Source of the DNA: an uncultured virus (IMG/VR IMGVR_UViG_3300013123_000002) | Lineage: Duplodnaviria; Heunggongvirae; Uroviricota; Caudoviricetes | Reading direction: 5' to 3' (one strand) | Virus record (IMG/VR): IMGVR_UViG_3300013123_000002 | DNA: 64,000 nucleotides | Shown here: positions 37,204 to 47,316 of the stretch, piece by piece | Position numbering within the stretch: the first letter of the stretch is position 1 | How the letters are laid out: the number at the start of each line of letters is the position of its first letter | Position numbers and translations under genes: made by a program | Notes under the pieces: model-generated | Told to the model about the DNA's origin: nothing | What the model saw: the letters and a program-made list of their open reading frames with translations, nothing else | Database searches by the model: none

Positions 37204-38826
37204 ATGAGCTTAACTTTAGAACAACAGATCAAGTCGTTGGACTTGAAGCAGAACGCTATCAAGATCCTCATCAACTCCTTTTACGGAGCCTTCGGAAACA
37301 GGTATTTTTACTTCCACAACAACGACATCGCACAGTCCATCACCCTTCAGGGTCAGGATCTTATCAAATTCACAATCAAAGCGATAAATCACTACTTTCG
37401 AAATCGATGGCACCTCGACACGGAGCTTCACGAGAAACTCGGACTTGTAGGTCACGTAGTGCAACCGATAGAAAGTGATTCAGCTATTTACACTGACACC
37501 GACTCGGTTTACTCGTGCATCGAGTATGCCATCAAATCAGTGCAAGGTATCGAGATGGACGACACGAAAGCTTTGGAAATCTGCTTGGCTATCAACAAGT
37601 ACAGGCTAGACGATTACTTCAAAGCAGCTTTCGAAAAGTACGCCAATCACTTTCACACGAAAAACCGTTTGGTCTTCGAATTAGAAAACGTTTCCAGGGC
37701 AGGCATCCTAGTTGCAAAGAAAAAGTACGTTTTTGAGGTAGCTACCAAGGGCTCGAAAATTCTAGACAAACCGGTCCTAATGATCAAGGGCTTGGAAGCT
37801 ATCCAATCGTCTTACCCTATATGGGCAAGAGAAAATCTTAAAAAGATCTACTGGATCCTTCTAGATAAGGGTTACGACCTTGATCTCGAAAAGGATCTCA
37901 TTCCTGTCATGCAGGAAATGAAAAATGAGATGGACACCATGCCTATCGACAGCATAGCTTTCAACTTCAACGTTCGAGTTTATGAAGAACACGTGAAGAG
38001 TTTGAACCCTCTCATCATTGGAACTGGCATGCCGATTTACGGCAGAGCAGCAGCCTACCACAATCACGTAATCACCAAGACTGAGAACCAAAAGTACGCG
38101 ATGATTCGCGGCGGATCAAAGATTAAATTTTACTACTGCGATCCCAACAATAACGATTACGATTTTGACGTGTTTGCGTACGTTCCGGGAGTGTTTCCGG
38201 ATTTTGCCGTACCGACCGATCGTGAACAGCAATTTTTCAGGCTGATCGTAGAACCGATCAACAAGCTTCTCTTAGCCATGGGTTTTTCTGAAATCAACTC
38301 AAAACTGACGCGTCACGTTGAGATGGTAAGGTCTCGCAGCAGAGCAAAGAACCCAAAACGAGAAGACCTCTACCCACTTTACGTCGTGAATTCGGAAACT
38401 CTTGAATTCGAAGAGATTCCGGAAACCGTTCAGGATTTCGTCGGAAACCCGGAAGCTCAGATACCTGACGATCTATTTCCGACTTTCATATCGGTCATAA
38501 GTCTCTACGGACTTTCCACGGTTATCGTGCCAAAGCCAGAACTTCAGAAGTACCGCGAGCGAATAGCAAAGAAGAAAGGCATAGAAGTAGAAGATCCGTT
38601 TGCTATCCATTACGACGAGATGGCTAAAGTTCTCAGAGAAAATGGCTGGGAAACTTCTTGGAGCGATGATAATTGGGTAAAATCTAAAGCCAAGAACAAG
38701 GAAGCTAACACCGGCATCTCAACCAAGTCAGCGTATTCACGAGTAATGAAAATCTTAGCTAAGAAAGTAACCGTTTTTAGCGAAGCTGAACTTGAGGAAA
38801 TGAAAGAAGCTGGCGAAATCAATTAA
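37204..38826 (+). CDS. family B DNA polymerase, C-terminal subunit of a split gene
   Basis: KILINSFYG (motif B), ITLQGQ, YTDTDS (motif C), KKKY and KGLE; no exonuclease or motif A. Confidence 0.9.
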   Translation: MSLTLEQQIKSLDLKQNAIKILINSFYGAFGNRYFYFHNNDIAQSITLQGQDLIKFTIKAINHYFRNRWHLDTELHEKLGLVGHVVQPIESDSAIYTDTDSVYSCIEYAIKSVQGIEMDDTKALEICLAINKYRLDDYFKAAFEKYANHFHTKNRLVFELENVSRAGILVAKKKYVFEVATKGSKILDKPVLMIKGLEAIQSSYPIWARENLKKIYWILLDKGYDLDLEKDLIPVMQEMKNEMDTMPIDSIAFNFNVRVYEEHVKSLNPLIIGTGMPIYGRAAAYHNHVITKTENQKYAMIRGGSKIKFYYCDPNNNDYDFDVFAYVPGVFPDFAVPTDREQQFFRLIVEPINKLLLAMGFSEINSKLTRHVEMVRSRSRAKNPKREDLYPLYVVNSETLEFEEIPETVQDFVGNPEAQIPDDLFPTFISVISLYGLSTVIVPKPELQKYRERIAKKKGIEVEDPFAIHYDEMAKVLRENGWETSWSDDNWVKSKAKNKEANTGISTKSAYSRVMKILAKKVTVFSEAELEEMKEAGEIN

Positions 38827-38836
38827 TTATTTCTAA

Positions 38837-39958
38837 ATGAACCGCGACGAAGTAGTAGATTTTGTCAAGATAATACTCAGAAAGAGGTTTCACGACAATT
38901 TCGAAAAGCAGCAGATAGACGACAGCAACGATCGAAAGCTGAACTTTGCCTGTCCGATATGCGGGGACTCTCACAAAAAATCTTCGAAGAAAAGAGGTAA
39001 CCTCTATTTCGATACCGAAGCGTACAAGTGTTTTAACGACGGCTGCATGGCTTACATGTCGTTGGGAGAGTTCGTTTCGAAGATGAGCCGAGAGCACGGA
39101 ATAATGCTTCCGAGCTTCGCAGCGGACTTTGAGTACAAGCCGGTTAGAGTAAAACGAACCGAGAACCAGCTCTTGCGCTTTCTAACGTCTGACACGACTG
39201 AGCTCGTAACGATCTCCGAGATCATCAACCGGTTCAACTTAGTGAGGTTAGACCAAGCCGAGAACAATCCAAGAGCGATAGAATACATCAAAAGCAGAAA
39301 CCTTGACCTTATCGAGGATTTCGGGGACTTCCTGTATGCTGATTCTTCAGACAATAAAGTACTTATCTTCAATTTTGATCGTCGTTCTGGGAAGCTCCTA
39401 GGGCTATCCATAAGGAGTTTAGACCCAAACGCTGAAAGAAAGTACATCATAAAGTCCTACACCGACATTGCTCTCATATTCTTGCAGCGCGAGATCGACA
39501 AGGAACTCGTTGACGATGCGAATTACTTGAACAACTATTTCAACATCTTGAACGTCGATTTTTCCAAGCCGTTGTGCCTGACCGAGGGTCAGTTCGATGC
39601 ACTGTTCATCCGAAACTGCATAGCAACCACCGGAGTTACTAAAGCGCGAAGCATACTTCCATCGTTGGGAGCAAAAGGTAAGATTCGAATCCTTTTCGAC
39701 AAGGACAAAGGTGGTCAGGACGAGATGATGAATCTCATAAAACAGGGTTATTCAGTTCTTCTGTGGAACAAAATCATCGATGATCTAAAGAAGAAAGTGT
39801 CAGACCGCTCTGATCTCATAAAACTCACGAAGATAAAGGACATAAACGACCTGTTTAATTTCCTAAAGGTCAGGCAACCAGCGTTGACAGTCAATGAATT
39901 CAACGATTTTTTGGACGGTTACTTTAGTGATAGCGTGTACGACATAGCTTTCCTATAA
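38837..39958 (+). CDS. DNA primase (gp61-like)
   Basis: CPICGDS...CFNDGC zinc finger; TOPRIM EGQFDA and FDKD. Confidence 0.9.
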   Translation: MNRDEVVDFVKIILRKRFHDNFEKQQIDDSNDRKLNFACPICGDSHKKSSKKRGNLYFDTEAYKCFNDGCMAYMSLGEFVSKMSREHGIMLPSFAADFEYKPVRVKRTENQLLRFLTSDTTELVTISEIINRFNLVRLDQAENNPRAIEYIKSRNLDLIEDFGDFLYADSSDNKVLIFNFDRRSGKLLGLSIRSLDPNAERKYIIKSYTDIALIFLQREIDKELVDDANYLNNYFNILNVDFSKPLCLTEGQFDALFIRNCIATTGVTKARSILPSLGAKGKIRILFDKDKGGQDEMMNLIKQGYSVLLWNKIIDDLKKKVSDRSDLIKLTKIKDINDLFNFLKVRQPALTVNEFNDFLDGYFSDSVYDIAFL

Positions 39959-39966
39959 ATATCTTC

Positions 39967-40479
39967 GTGAAACCACGCGAAGATAAGGGCATAAAATCCT
40001 TCCTAAAACCTCGAAACGGAGAAAACCGGCCACGGCAAGGCTACTTTCGTCCAGCTAACCCAGAAAAGTACATGGGCGACATCAATAAGATAATCTTTCG
40101 TAGCTCTTGGGAATTCAAATTTTTGAAGTGGTGCGATCTTAGTCCAACTATTGTTAAGTATTCCAGTGAACCCATCGGAATCATTTACCACAATCCGTTG
40201 GACAAAAGACCCCACCGGTATTACGTTGACTTTTACATAATAGTGAAGGACCCTAACGGCAACGAGTACAAGTACTTGGTGGAAGTAAAGCCAAACAAAT
40301 ACATAAACCCACCGAAGAAACCTGATCGAATGACTGACAAAGCTACCGCTAACTACGTGTACGCAGCAAAGCAGTACATTGTTAACCAGGCTAAGTTCGA
40401 AGCAGCTAAGAACTTTGCTTCTCAGAAAGGAATCAAGTTCGGCATCATTACCGAAAACTTTCTGTTCAAATCGATATAA
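39967..40479 (+). CDS. head completion nuclease (gp4-like)
   Basis: NPEKYMGD...FRSSWE...SSEP...YYVDF...VEVKP...NQAK...ITE. Confidence 0.9.
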   Translation: MKPREDKGIKSFLKPRNGENRPRQGYFRPANPEKYMGDINKIIFRSSWEFKFLKWCDLSPTIVKYSSEPIGIIYHNPLDKRPHRYYVDFYIIVKDPNGNEYKYLVEVKPNKYINPPKKPDRMTDKATANYVYAAKQYIVNQAKFEAAKNFASQKGIKFGIITENFLFKSI

Positions 40480-40487
40480 AATACTTC

Positions 40488-41141
40488 ATGAAGAATAAGA
40501 TAGTCAATGATTTCATAAGGATAGGCTCAGTACCATCGTTTACCGAAGAGGGCAAACCTTACTACTTTGACGATGACTGCATTCCCTATGCTTACTACCG
40601 TTTAGTTCCAGGGTACATTTACACGTTCGTATCGTCCAAGACCATGGAAGAAGATGAATTACCTTCGCTTGACGAGTACCAAACAAGCTCTACCAAATCA
40701 GTAAAACCGTACTTTGACAGACGACCGATCATCTTATCGTTGGGCCAAGAGGGTCCAATGGAAGTCGGCCTTAACTTGAAACTGCTGCCGCTTAGCGTTC
40801 GTCACTGGTTCCTGTCCAAGTACTACAAGATTCTCAGCACTCTGATAGAAAAGTCAGAGGATGAGGACGGAAAATTCATCAATTTTAGAGATAGAATGAA
40901 ACTTCCGGAAAATTCGATGCTAAAAAACATCAACCGAAACTTCATCACTCAGATAGGTGAGCAGAATAACATCAATTTTAAGTTCCTGGTTGATAAATAT
41001 ACCAGAGGTGAGATGAGTAACAAACTAGCAATCATCGATTGGGAGCAAGCAGTAAAGCTTCCGAAATTGAGTTACGTAACAGATGGTTCAGTATTAACAA
41101 AAACTCCGATCTCGTACTTCTTGACAAAATTTACTTCATAA
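40488..41141 (+). CDS. DNA end protector (gp2-like)
   Basis: PG-x-IYTF...PYFDRRPII...GLNLKLLP motif; next to gp4 and portal. Confidence 0.65.
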   Translation: MKNKIVNDFIRIGSVPSFTEEGKPYYFDDDCIPYAYYRLVPGYIYTFVSSKTMEEDELPSLDEYQTSSTKSVKPYFDRRPIILSLGQEGPMEVGLNLKLLPLSVRHWFLSKYYKILSTLIEKSEDEDGKFINFRDRMKLPENSMLKNINRNFITQIGEQNNINFKFLVDKYTRGEMSNKLAIIDWEQAVKLPKLSYVTDGSVLTKTPISYFLTKFTS

Positions 41142-41144
41142 TAC

Positions 41145-42836
41145 ATGGCAGGATTTTTAGAAGGTAACCCTATGCGATCGCTCAAGTCTAGGTTGACTGA
41201 GCTTAGCAGGTTCGGTCTAAAGTACGACGATCTCCTGATAAAGAACTCTCAAGCGATAGGTTTTATCGAAAGTCAGCTCAGCGGAGCTGCCGGCTTTGCG
41301 TCGGACGATCTCATGAGAGCTACGTTAGCTCTGTCGGACACTACTTCTTCGATAAAAACGAAAGCGATCGCTTTTTTCCAACTCGATTACATTTCAAAAA
41401 GAGAGCGTCTTCGCGACATTGCTTCCAACGGTGAGATAGAATTCATCCTGGAAACCATAACTGACGATGCTATCGTTTTTGACGAGGACAATCGATTCTG
41501 TTACGCAAACGATTTGGTCGGTGAGATGCAGTACTTGGGAGACAACAAGAAAAATCGTTTGGATTACCAAGAGCGCATCATAAACTCTTACCAAGCTGCA
41601 TTTTCAAAGATTTACAGTCGTTGGGGATTTGACCAGGGAATTTCAGCTTGGCAATACTTTTACCAGTGGCTCATCGAAGGTCACCTGGCTTTCGAAATCA
41701 TCTATGATAACATCGATAAACCTACTGAGATCATCGGGTTCAAAGAACTCGATCCAGCTTCTCTATATCCTATACTTAAAAAAGATAACGAGGGAAAAAT
41801 CGTTCTTCAGTGGACTCAAAGAGACCCTATCACGAAAAAAGATCGTCAGCTGAACGATTCGCAGATCATCTACTTGTCTTACTCAAATCACATGAGAACG
41901 AAGCGCGTAAGCTTCGCCGAACGTCTAGTAAGATCGTTCAACATGCTGAGGATAATCGAGCACTCCAAGGTCATCTGGCACACAATGCATGCACCTATTC
42001 GTTTGGTAACAACCGTTCCGATCGGAACCAAGTCAATGCAGAAAGCCAAGGAAGACGTACGAGAGTTCGTTAACACTCTAAAAGAAGACATTTACTTTGA
42101 CGGTGAATCCGGAGAATTGAGAGTTGACGGAAAACCTAACATCTTGTTCTACAAGAACTACGTCGTTCCGGCCAACGATCAGCAACAGCAAGTAAAGATC
42201 GAACCGCTAGAGTACCAAGGTCCTAACCTGTCAGGTTCGGAATTATTGAAGTACTTTACCGAAAAACTAAAGCAGGATTCAAAGATCCCGGCGTCTAGGT
42301 TTAGCGAAGGTGGCGGAATATTCACGCTTACGTCCGAAGGTATTTCCAGAGAAGAAATCCGTTACAACAAGTTCATCAAGCGGTTAAGGTCTGCTTACCA
42401 GGAACTCATAACCAAACCTCTGTACCTGCAAGTCTGCATGGACGTTAAGGAACTAAGAAACGACCAGAAATTCAAAAACTCGGTCGGAGTTATTTGGTAC
42501 GATGATAACGTGTTCGAGGAAATCAAGAATCAGGATCTTCTCAACAAGAGAATCGCAGCCATCAACGCCCTCAAAGCTATCACGGACGATCAGAACAGGC
42601 CGTACTTCTCCTCAGACTTTCTCGTCAAGGAATACCTCAAGCTCAGCGACCAAGTCATCCAAAAGAACAAGGATTACCTTGCAAAATCCGGCGGAAAAAC
42701 TTCAGAAGGTCAGGACGCTGAGGTTACTTTGCCTGCACCAGCAGGCCCAGGAGCTCAGCCTGAAGAACCAGCAGCACAGGCCGGTCCAGAAAAAGAAACA
42801 GCTAGCGAACTTGCACCTCCTGGCGGAGGATTGTAA
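41145..42836 (+). CDS. portal protein (gp20-like)
   Basis: WLIEG, ELDP, APIR, KIPASRF and ISREEIRYNKFI-x-RLR motifs. Confidence 0.92.
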   Translation: MAGFLEGNPMRSLKSRLTELSRFGLKYDDLLIKNSQAIGFIESQLSGAAGFASDDLMRATLALSDTTSSIKTKAIAFFQLDYISKRERLRDIASNGEIEFILETITDDAIVFDEDNRFCYANDLVGEMQYLGDNKKNRLDYQERIINSYQAAFSKIYSRWGFDQGISAWQYFYQWLIEGHLAFEIIYDNIDKPTEIIGFKELDPASLYPILKKDNEGKIVLQWTQRDPITKKDRQLNDSQIIYLSYSNHMRTKRVSFAERLVRSFNMLRIIEHSKVIWHTMHAPIRLVTTVPIGTKSMQKAKEDVREFVNTLKEDIYFDGESGELRVDGKPNILFYKNYVVPANDQQQQVKIEPLEYQGPNLSGSELLKYFTEKLKQDSKIPASRFSEGGGIFTLTSEGISREEIRYNKFIKRLRSAYQELITKPLYLQVCMDVKELRNDQKFKNSVGVIWYDDNVFEEIKNQDLLNKRIAAINALKAITDDQNRPYFSSDFLVKEYLKLSDQVIQKNKDYLAKSGGKTSEGQDAEVTLPAPAGPGAQPEEPAAQAGPEKETASELAPPGGGL

Positions 42837-42858
42837 AGTGGGAGCAAAGAAACAAGGC

Positions 42859-42895
42859 AAAAAAGGCAGGACGAAATACACGTTCTGCCATTTTT
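42859..42895. terminator. probable bidirectional terminator
   Basis: AAAAAA-GGCAGGACG-N7-CGTTCTGCC-ATTTTT between convergent genes. Confidence 0.6.
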
Positions 42896-42960
42896 ATGAG
42901 TACTACTTAAATAAGTTGTGGAAACTTAAGCAACCTAACCACGTTATCAAGAACGAACCG

Positions 42961-43335
42961 TTAGTCTTCGTAAAGAACCGCGAACGTTCTCTTACCGTTG
43001 ATAGAAACGTCCAGTCCTAATCCTACCTTGAACATATCGCCAGCGTCGTCAAGCGCGAAAGCGGTTGGCACCACTTCGTTGATCTTTGCAAGCATCACGT
43101 AATTCTGTATCTGTTCAGCTGCTTCTTTTTCTAAGATGTCAATAGGGTAACCTTCGAATTCGAACAGGTACTTGGTGACGTCTAACCCAAAGTTTGGCTC
43201 TCCCAAGACTTCTCCCTTTCTCGTCAGAATTGTCATTCTTACCTGAGAGACCGTATTTTCGATGTCGTTTGTCGACTCAAAAATGTCCGATTTGTAATTA
43301 GGATCGTCAGTACCTCTGAAATAAAAATCTCTCAT
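42961..43335 (-). CDS. baseplate wedge gp25-like protein
   Basis: ILTRKGEVLGEPNFG-x-x-x-x-x-YLFE signature. Confidence 0.88.
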   Translation of the reverse strand: MRDFYFRGTDDPNYKSDIFESTNDIENTVSQVRMTILTRKGEVLGEPNFGLDVTKYLFEFEGYPIDILEKEAAEQIQNYVMLAKINEVVPTAFALDDAGDMFKVGLGLDVSINGKRTFAVLYED

Positions 43336-43336
43336 C

Positions 43337-44068
43337 TTAGAAGTGAACTAGGTAAACCCAGTCCGGTGTATTTTCGCCCTTCATCATGTCTAACACAGCT
43401 TGAAATTCTGCGTCAGCTTTCGTAACGAAGGTATTGTAATTCGGTCTAACTCCACCAGGTAAATTGAAGTCAAAACTGGTCAAGAGTTCTCCCAACCTAA
43501 CCTTTGCTTTTGCCCTTACGTACCTTTGGAACATTTCGTCCTCGTAAAGGTACTGTTCCTCTATCTTCTTGCTTACCTCAACTACCATCTTGCTTGGAGT
43601 TCTGCCCTTTACGGTTATGCTCTTTGTGTTCTTGTTGTAATCGTAAGCTACTGTGTCAAGAACAAAGTTTTTGGTGATGTCTAGGAACGAAAAGATAACT
43701 GTTCTGTACACGAGAGATTCTCCGATAAATGGTGTAAGAAATAATTCGGACCCGATAAATTTCTGATCGGAAAAGTCCTGGTCTATCGTTCCAAACATCG
43801 AAGAACCCTTAGGTTCTTTAACTTGGTGAACGAATTGGACGCAATCCGGCATTCGTATGGTTCTAGTTCTCTTGTACTGATCGCTTGACAAAAGTTCGTT
43901 AGGAATGAGAATGTACCGAGGCTCAACCGCGTGTCTCCAGTTATCGTAAAAGAACCGTTCCGCGTTTATGATGACACGTTCTATTTCCTTATCCGGTATC
44001 GAGTAAGGAAGAGCTTGTGCTAATGTTAGTTCCTGCTTTATGTCAAGTGCTAGTTCGACTCTAGTCAT
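43337..44068 (-). CDS. neck protein (gp13-like)
   Basis: YVRAKAK...G-x-x-L...LPGGV-x-x-N motif. Confidence 0.75.
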   Translation of the reverse strand: MTRVELALDIKQELTLAQALPYSIPDKEIERVIINAERFFYDNWRHAVEPRYILIPNELLSSDQYKRTRTIRMPDCVQFVHQVKEPKGSSMFGTIDQDFSDQKFIGSELFLTPFIGESLVYRTVIFSFLDITKNFVLDTVAYDYNKNTKSITVKGRTPSKMVVEVSKKIEEQYLYEDEMFQRYVRAKAKVRLGELLTSFDFNLPGGVRPNYNTFVTKADAEFQAVLDMMKGENTPDWVYLVHF

Positions 44069-44082
44069 TTACGTTAGTGTTT

Positions 44083-44544
44083 TTACGCTGTCGCTGGTGC
44101 AGCTGGTGCTTGACCTGGAGTAACTCCTCCTATCGATTGCTGAGCGGTTGGTGCTGTTGCTGCCTGAACAGTAGGAGCAACCGTTGTCGTCTGAGTAGTA
44201 GCGGCAGCCGCTGCAATCACCTGGTTAAGAGCTTCTCGCTTGGTCTGCAAGTCTTTTTCCTTAGCAGCTAAGTCTGTGTAGAACTTTTCCTTAAAATCGT
44301 TAAGTTCACGTTCCGCTGCGGTCACAACGCTCTGCAAGTTTGCTATCTCATTGGAATCAGCTTCGTTAACTTTCGAGTAATCAGGTTCGTTAGTTTCTAA
44401 CTGTGTTAGGTCAGCTTTCTTTACCTGGTCAACGAATTTTTCTTTCTTTCCGGGATCAACGTTATTGCCCTTTAGGGCAGTTTTTGGATCCTCCAGAACG
44501 TCAGCTTTGCTAAATTGGTCGAAGGACATGATTTTATCTGTCAT
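44083..44544 (-). CDS. putative internal head protein
   Basis: N-terminal KIMSFDQF, VNE site, coiled coil and Ala/Thr tail; late promoter at 44565-44571. Confidence 0.7.
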   Translation of the reverse strand: MTDKIMSFDQFSKADVLEDPKTALKGNNVDPGKKEKFVDQVKKADLTQLETNEPDYSKVNEADSNEIANLQSVVTAAERELNDFKEKFYTDLAAKEKDLQTKREALNQVIAAAAATTQTTTVAPTVQAATAPTAQQSIGGVTPGQAPAAPATA

Positions 44545-44563
44545 CTCGTATCGGTACTTTTTC

Positions 44564-45334
44564 TTATTTATCCCTTTGTTCTTCTATGTACTCAGTGAAG
44601 GTTTTCACGTGCTTGGTAGGCGATTGTTCTTCGCGAACTTGAACTATTGGATTGGTCATAAAATCCCACCGTGAAATCGGTTGAGAGTTTGTCCATTGGT
44701 TAGGTATTCCTCCAAAGTTCAAGCTTATCTGAGATGGCTGAACGTTAAAATCGTACTGATTCGGTGTTTCGAAAGAGTCCGCCGGGATAGCGTACGTTCC
44801 TCCTGCCTCTTCTGTAACTATCTTCCATATCTTTTCCGGATCTATTCCTTCAGGAATTCCTCTCTTAAAAGTTTCCTTGTCTCTGTTCTTTATAGCTTCT
44901 CGCATTTTCGTTCCAGAAATCTCTTGAGTTCTTTCTGTCTGGTACCTGTTTGCCCCAGCTAAGTTACCTGCGAACTTGTCTATAGTTTTGAACCGATTCA
45001 TATCCTCAGGTAGAGCATAAACGTTTACCTCAAAATCCGAAGCATCTTCTCTAGCTCCAAGTTCAGAAACGAACTTGAACGCTTCTTTGACCGGCGAACC
45101 GTCAGCTAAGTGAACGAACACGTCTTGACGATCCCTTTTACCTGGTTTGAAGTACTCGTACAGAATGTTTACAGCCATATCTCCGGTAACTCCGTCCATC
45201 TCAACCGGCGATACGAACACGTGAGTTTCGTAGTTCATGTCAGCTATTCCCTGAATCACGCCAAAGTGACCTAGGTGCGGCGGTTTGAACTTTCCTGCAA
45301 GTATTCCTATCTGTTTGGGCTGTTTCTGTTCCAT
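44564..45334 (-). CDS. HIGH-type cytidylyl/adenylyltransferase
   Basis: GKFKPPHLGH and ISGTKMR motifs; C-terminal VKTFTEYIEE. Start reassigned to 45334. Confidence 0.82.
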   Translation of the reverse strand: MEQKQPKQIGILAGKFKPPHLGHFGVIQGIADMNYETHVFVSPVEMDGVTGDMAVNILYEYFKPGKRDRQDVFVHLADGSPVKEAFKFVSELGAREDASDFEVNVYALPEDMNRFKTIDKFAGNLAGANRYQTERTQEISGTKMREAIKNRDKETFKRGIPEGIDPEKIWKIVTEEAGGTYAIPADSFETPNQYDFNVQPSQISLNFGGIPNQWTNSQPISRWDFMTNPIVQVREEQSPTKHVKTFTEYIEEQRDK

Positions 45335-45336
45335 AG

Positions 45337-45849
45337 TTACACCTTTAAGTTCTGAGCTGCTCTTATCAAGCACTCTGCCATGTAATGGGTGCACTCGCGA
45401 AGGAACGATTCGTATGTTTGGTTGGGATCCTCTGACGTTTCAAAAACTGTCGCTTCCTGAATCAGAACTTCGTCGCACATTCTCTTGATCGCAATCTTTG
45501 CTTTTTCTGACAGAGCATCGGGGTAATCGCTGCATCCCTCGCAAGGTTGAACCATTTCTTCAGGTTCTTTTAGCATATCATCTTCGTTTACTTCTTCCGT
45601 TTCGGCCTGCTGCTCGAAATCTGAAAAACTTTCAAAGACGTAACCTTTTTCTTTATCGCTATTAGGATTGCGTTTGGTTGGCATTTCTCGTTCAATTATT
45701 TTGCCCTGATCATCTGGATCAGTTAAGTTAACTTCAGATTTCTTTGAGCTAGGTTCTTCTAAAACCTGGTTAGGACCGGTGATTTCTTCAACTGGTCCTA
45801 ATCTACGCATAAGAAATTTAGGAAGTGAGTACTTTCCGAACTTTCCCAT
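45337..45849 (-). CDS. hypothetical (putative head) protein
   Basis: Internal FESFSDFE and VNE; twin late promoters at 45860-45876. Confidence 0.7.
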   Translation of the reverse strand: MGKFGKYSLPKFLMRRLGPVEEITGPNQVLEEPSSKKSEVNLTDPDDQGKIIEREMPTKRNPNSDKEKGYVFESFSDFEQQAETEEVNEDDMLKEPEEMVQPCEGCSDYPDALSEKAKIAIKRMCDEVLIQEATVFETSEDPNQTYESFLRECTHYMAECLIRAAQNLKV

Positions 45850-45890
45850 TAAACTCAGCTATTTATGATTATTTATACGGACCGGCCGGT

Positions 45891-46628
45891 TTACCTGGGT
45901 CCTCTGGAAGTTTTAGTTGGCTGAGAATAATTTTGAGTCGGTGTGCGAGAAGGCTGAGCATTTCGAGGTTGTGATTTTGGCGCTTCGTAAACCGGGTTCG
46001 TACGAATAGGACTTCTTTCCGCTGGTTTGGAATAGGTTGGCGGAGTCCGGTACGCTGGACTCGTGTATTCGTTCTTGTTTCTGGGTTGCTGGTATGTTGG
46101 TGGATAATACCTAGTTGGCTCAGTTCTAGTAGGTTTTGTGTAAGTAGGTTGAGGTTTTGGTTTTTCCTGAACTCTCTGCGGTTGCTTAGGCTGCTCCTGA
46201 ACGCGTGGCTGAGGTTTAATCGTTCGTCCAGTTGGTGAGCCTGTTGATTTTCTAGGTCCATAGTACCAACCGTTGTTGTTCCAATCACCGTTGTACCAAT
46301 CGTGGTGCTGGTGGTGATCCCATGCACTCCAGCGATAGTAAGGGTACCAGCCGTAACTGTACCTGTAAAAATCGTAGTAAAATGGATCGTAATAAGGGTT
46401 GTAAAAGTTGTAGTAGTACGGCTGATACCAGTAATAACCATAGTAAGTGTAGCGAATTGGCTCCTGGTAGAAGTAAAACTGGTACGTCGGAGTTACATAC
46501 TCAACCGGCTGAGGTTCTTCTTGAACGACGTACGTTTCAGTAGGAGTTTTTGATACCTGGACTACCTTCGGCGAGCAGCCGAATGATAGAATAATTGACA
46601 ATATTACTAAAAAGGCGAGTGTTCTCAT
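45891..46628 (-). CDS. lipoprotein with a Tyr/Trp-rich region and a Pro/Arg/Thr-rich tail
   Basis: Signal peptide with lipobox LSFG-C; low-complexity architecture as in Bacteroidota lipoproteins. Confidence 0.78.
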   Translation of the reverse strand: MRTLAFLVILSIILSFGCSPKVVQVSKTPTETYVVQEEPQPVEYVTPTYQFYFYQEPIRYTYYGYYWYQPYYYNFYNPYYDPFYYDFYRYSYGWYPYYRWSAWDHHQHHDWYNGDWNNNGWYYGPRKSTGSPTGRTIKPQPRVQEQPKQPQRVQEKPKPQPTYTKPTRTEPTRYYPPTYQQPRNKNEYTSPAYRTPPTYSKPAERSPIRTNPVYEAPKSQPRNAQPSRTPTQNYSQPTKTSRGPR

Positions 46629-46629
46629 G

Positions 46630-46675
46630 TTGGCGTTCTTTTTGCTTAGTTATTTAACAGCAAAAAGTGTGCCAA
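46630..46675. promoter_or_regulatory. inverted pair of sigma54-like -24/-12 elements
   Basis: Minus strand TTGGCACACTTTTTGCT (46675-46659) and plus strand TTGGCGTTCTTTTTGCT (46630-46646), both GG-N10-GC. Confidence 0.55.
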
Positions 46676-46683
46676 GGTGAAAA

Positions 46684-47316
46684 TTAGTACCTTCCGAGTT
46701 TCAAAGATAAGTCTAACGCGAAACCGTTTAGAAAATTAACGTTAGTTGTGTACCGATACGACGGCCCAACCGAAATTCTGAACCCATCGACTACGTTTAT
46801 CTCGGCTCTAGCACCGACTATCGCTATAAAAAAATACTCTGGGTACCCAGGAAGAGAAGTGCTGTAGTAACTCCACCAGCCGTTGTCCTCCTGCCACTTG
46901 TAGGTTAGTAACCCACCGCCAATTGTGATCGGAAAGGTCAAGTGAAGCGGAAACGTTGGCAGTAAAGTTGGCTCGATTAGCACCCCAGCATACCAACAAT
47001 ACCTTCTCATCTGGTAATTGTTTATTCCAGGAGGTGGAGTGAACTGGGAAATTTCTTCTCCGTCGGATTTTAACAGAAAAGCTCCAGTCAGACCAGCTGA
47101 AAATGATCGATTCACCGTCATGCCTATTGTTCCGCCGAGACCTCCAGCGAGGTGTTCGTTCACGTAATAGAGCGATCCGTCGAAGGAAACGTATGCATTG
47201 ACTCTTTGCCCAGAAGGATCGCTGCGAAATAGAGTATGAGATCCTTGTTCGGTTTGACCAAAGGAAATTGACGCAAAGAATAAAAAAGCTATAAGTGCAA
47301 AAATTCGAAGTTTCAT
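46684..47316 (-). CDS. outer-membrane beta-barrel-like protein
   Basis: Signal peptide, alternating amphipathic strands and C-terminal aromatic residue (LSLKLGRY). Confidence 0.72.
   Translation of the reverse strand: MKLRIFALIAFLFFASISFGQTEQGSHTLFRSDPSGQRVNAYVSFDGSLYYVNEHLAGGLGGTIGMTVNRSFSAGLTGAFLLKSDGEEISQFTPPPGINNYQMRRYCWYAGVLIEPTLLPTFPLHLTFPITIGGGLLTYKWQEDNGWWSYYSTSLPGYPEYFFIAIVGARAEINVVDGFRISVGPSYRYTTNVNFLNGFALDLSLKLGRY

Noticed and set aside
37204..38826. Split intein in the polymerase
   Set aside because: No intein C-terminal HN-C/S signature before motif B.
42502..43020. 172-aa ORF overlapping the portal 3' end
   Set aside because: Shadow frame that crosses a terminator-like hairpin and overlaps the convergent gp25 gene.
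45869..46441. 190-aa Thr/Ile-rich overlapping ORF
   Set aside because: It is an alternative frame of the low-complexity lipoprotein gene.
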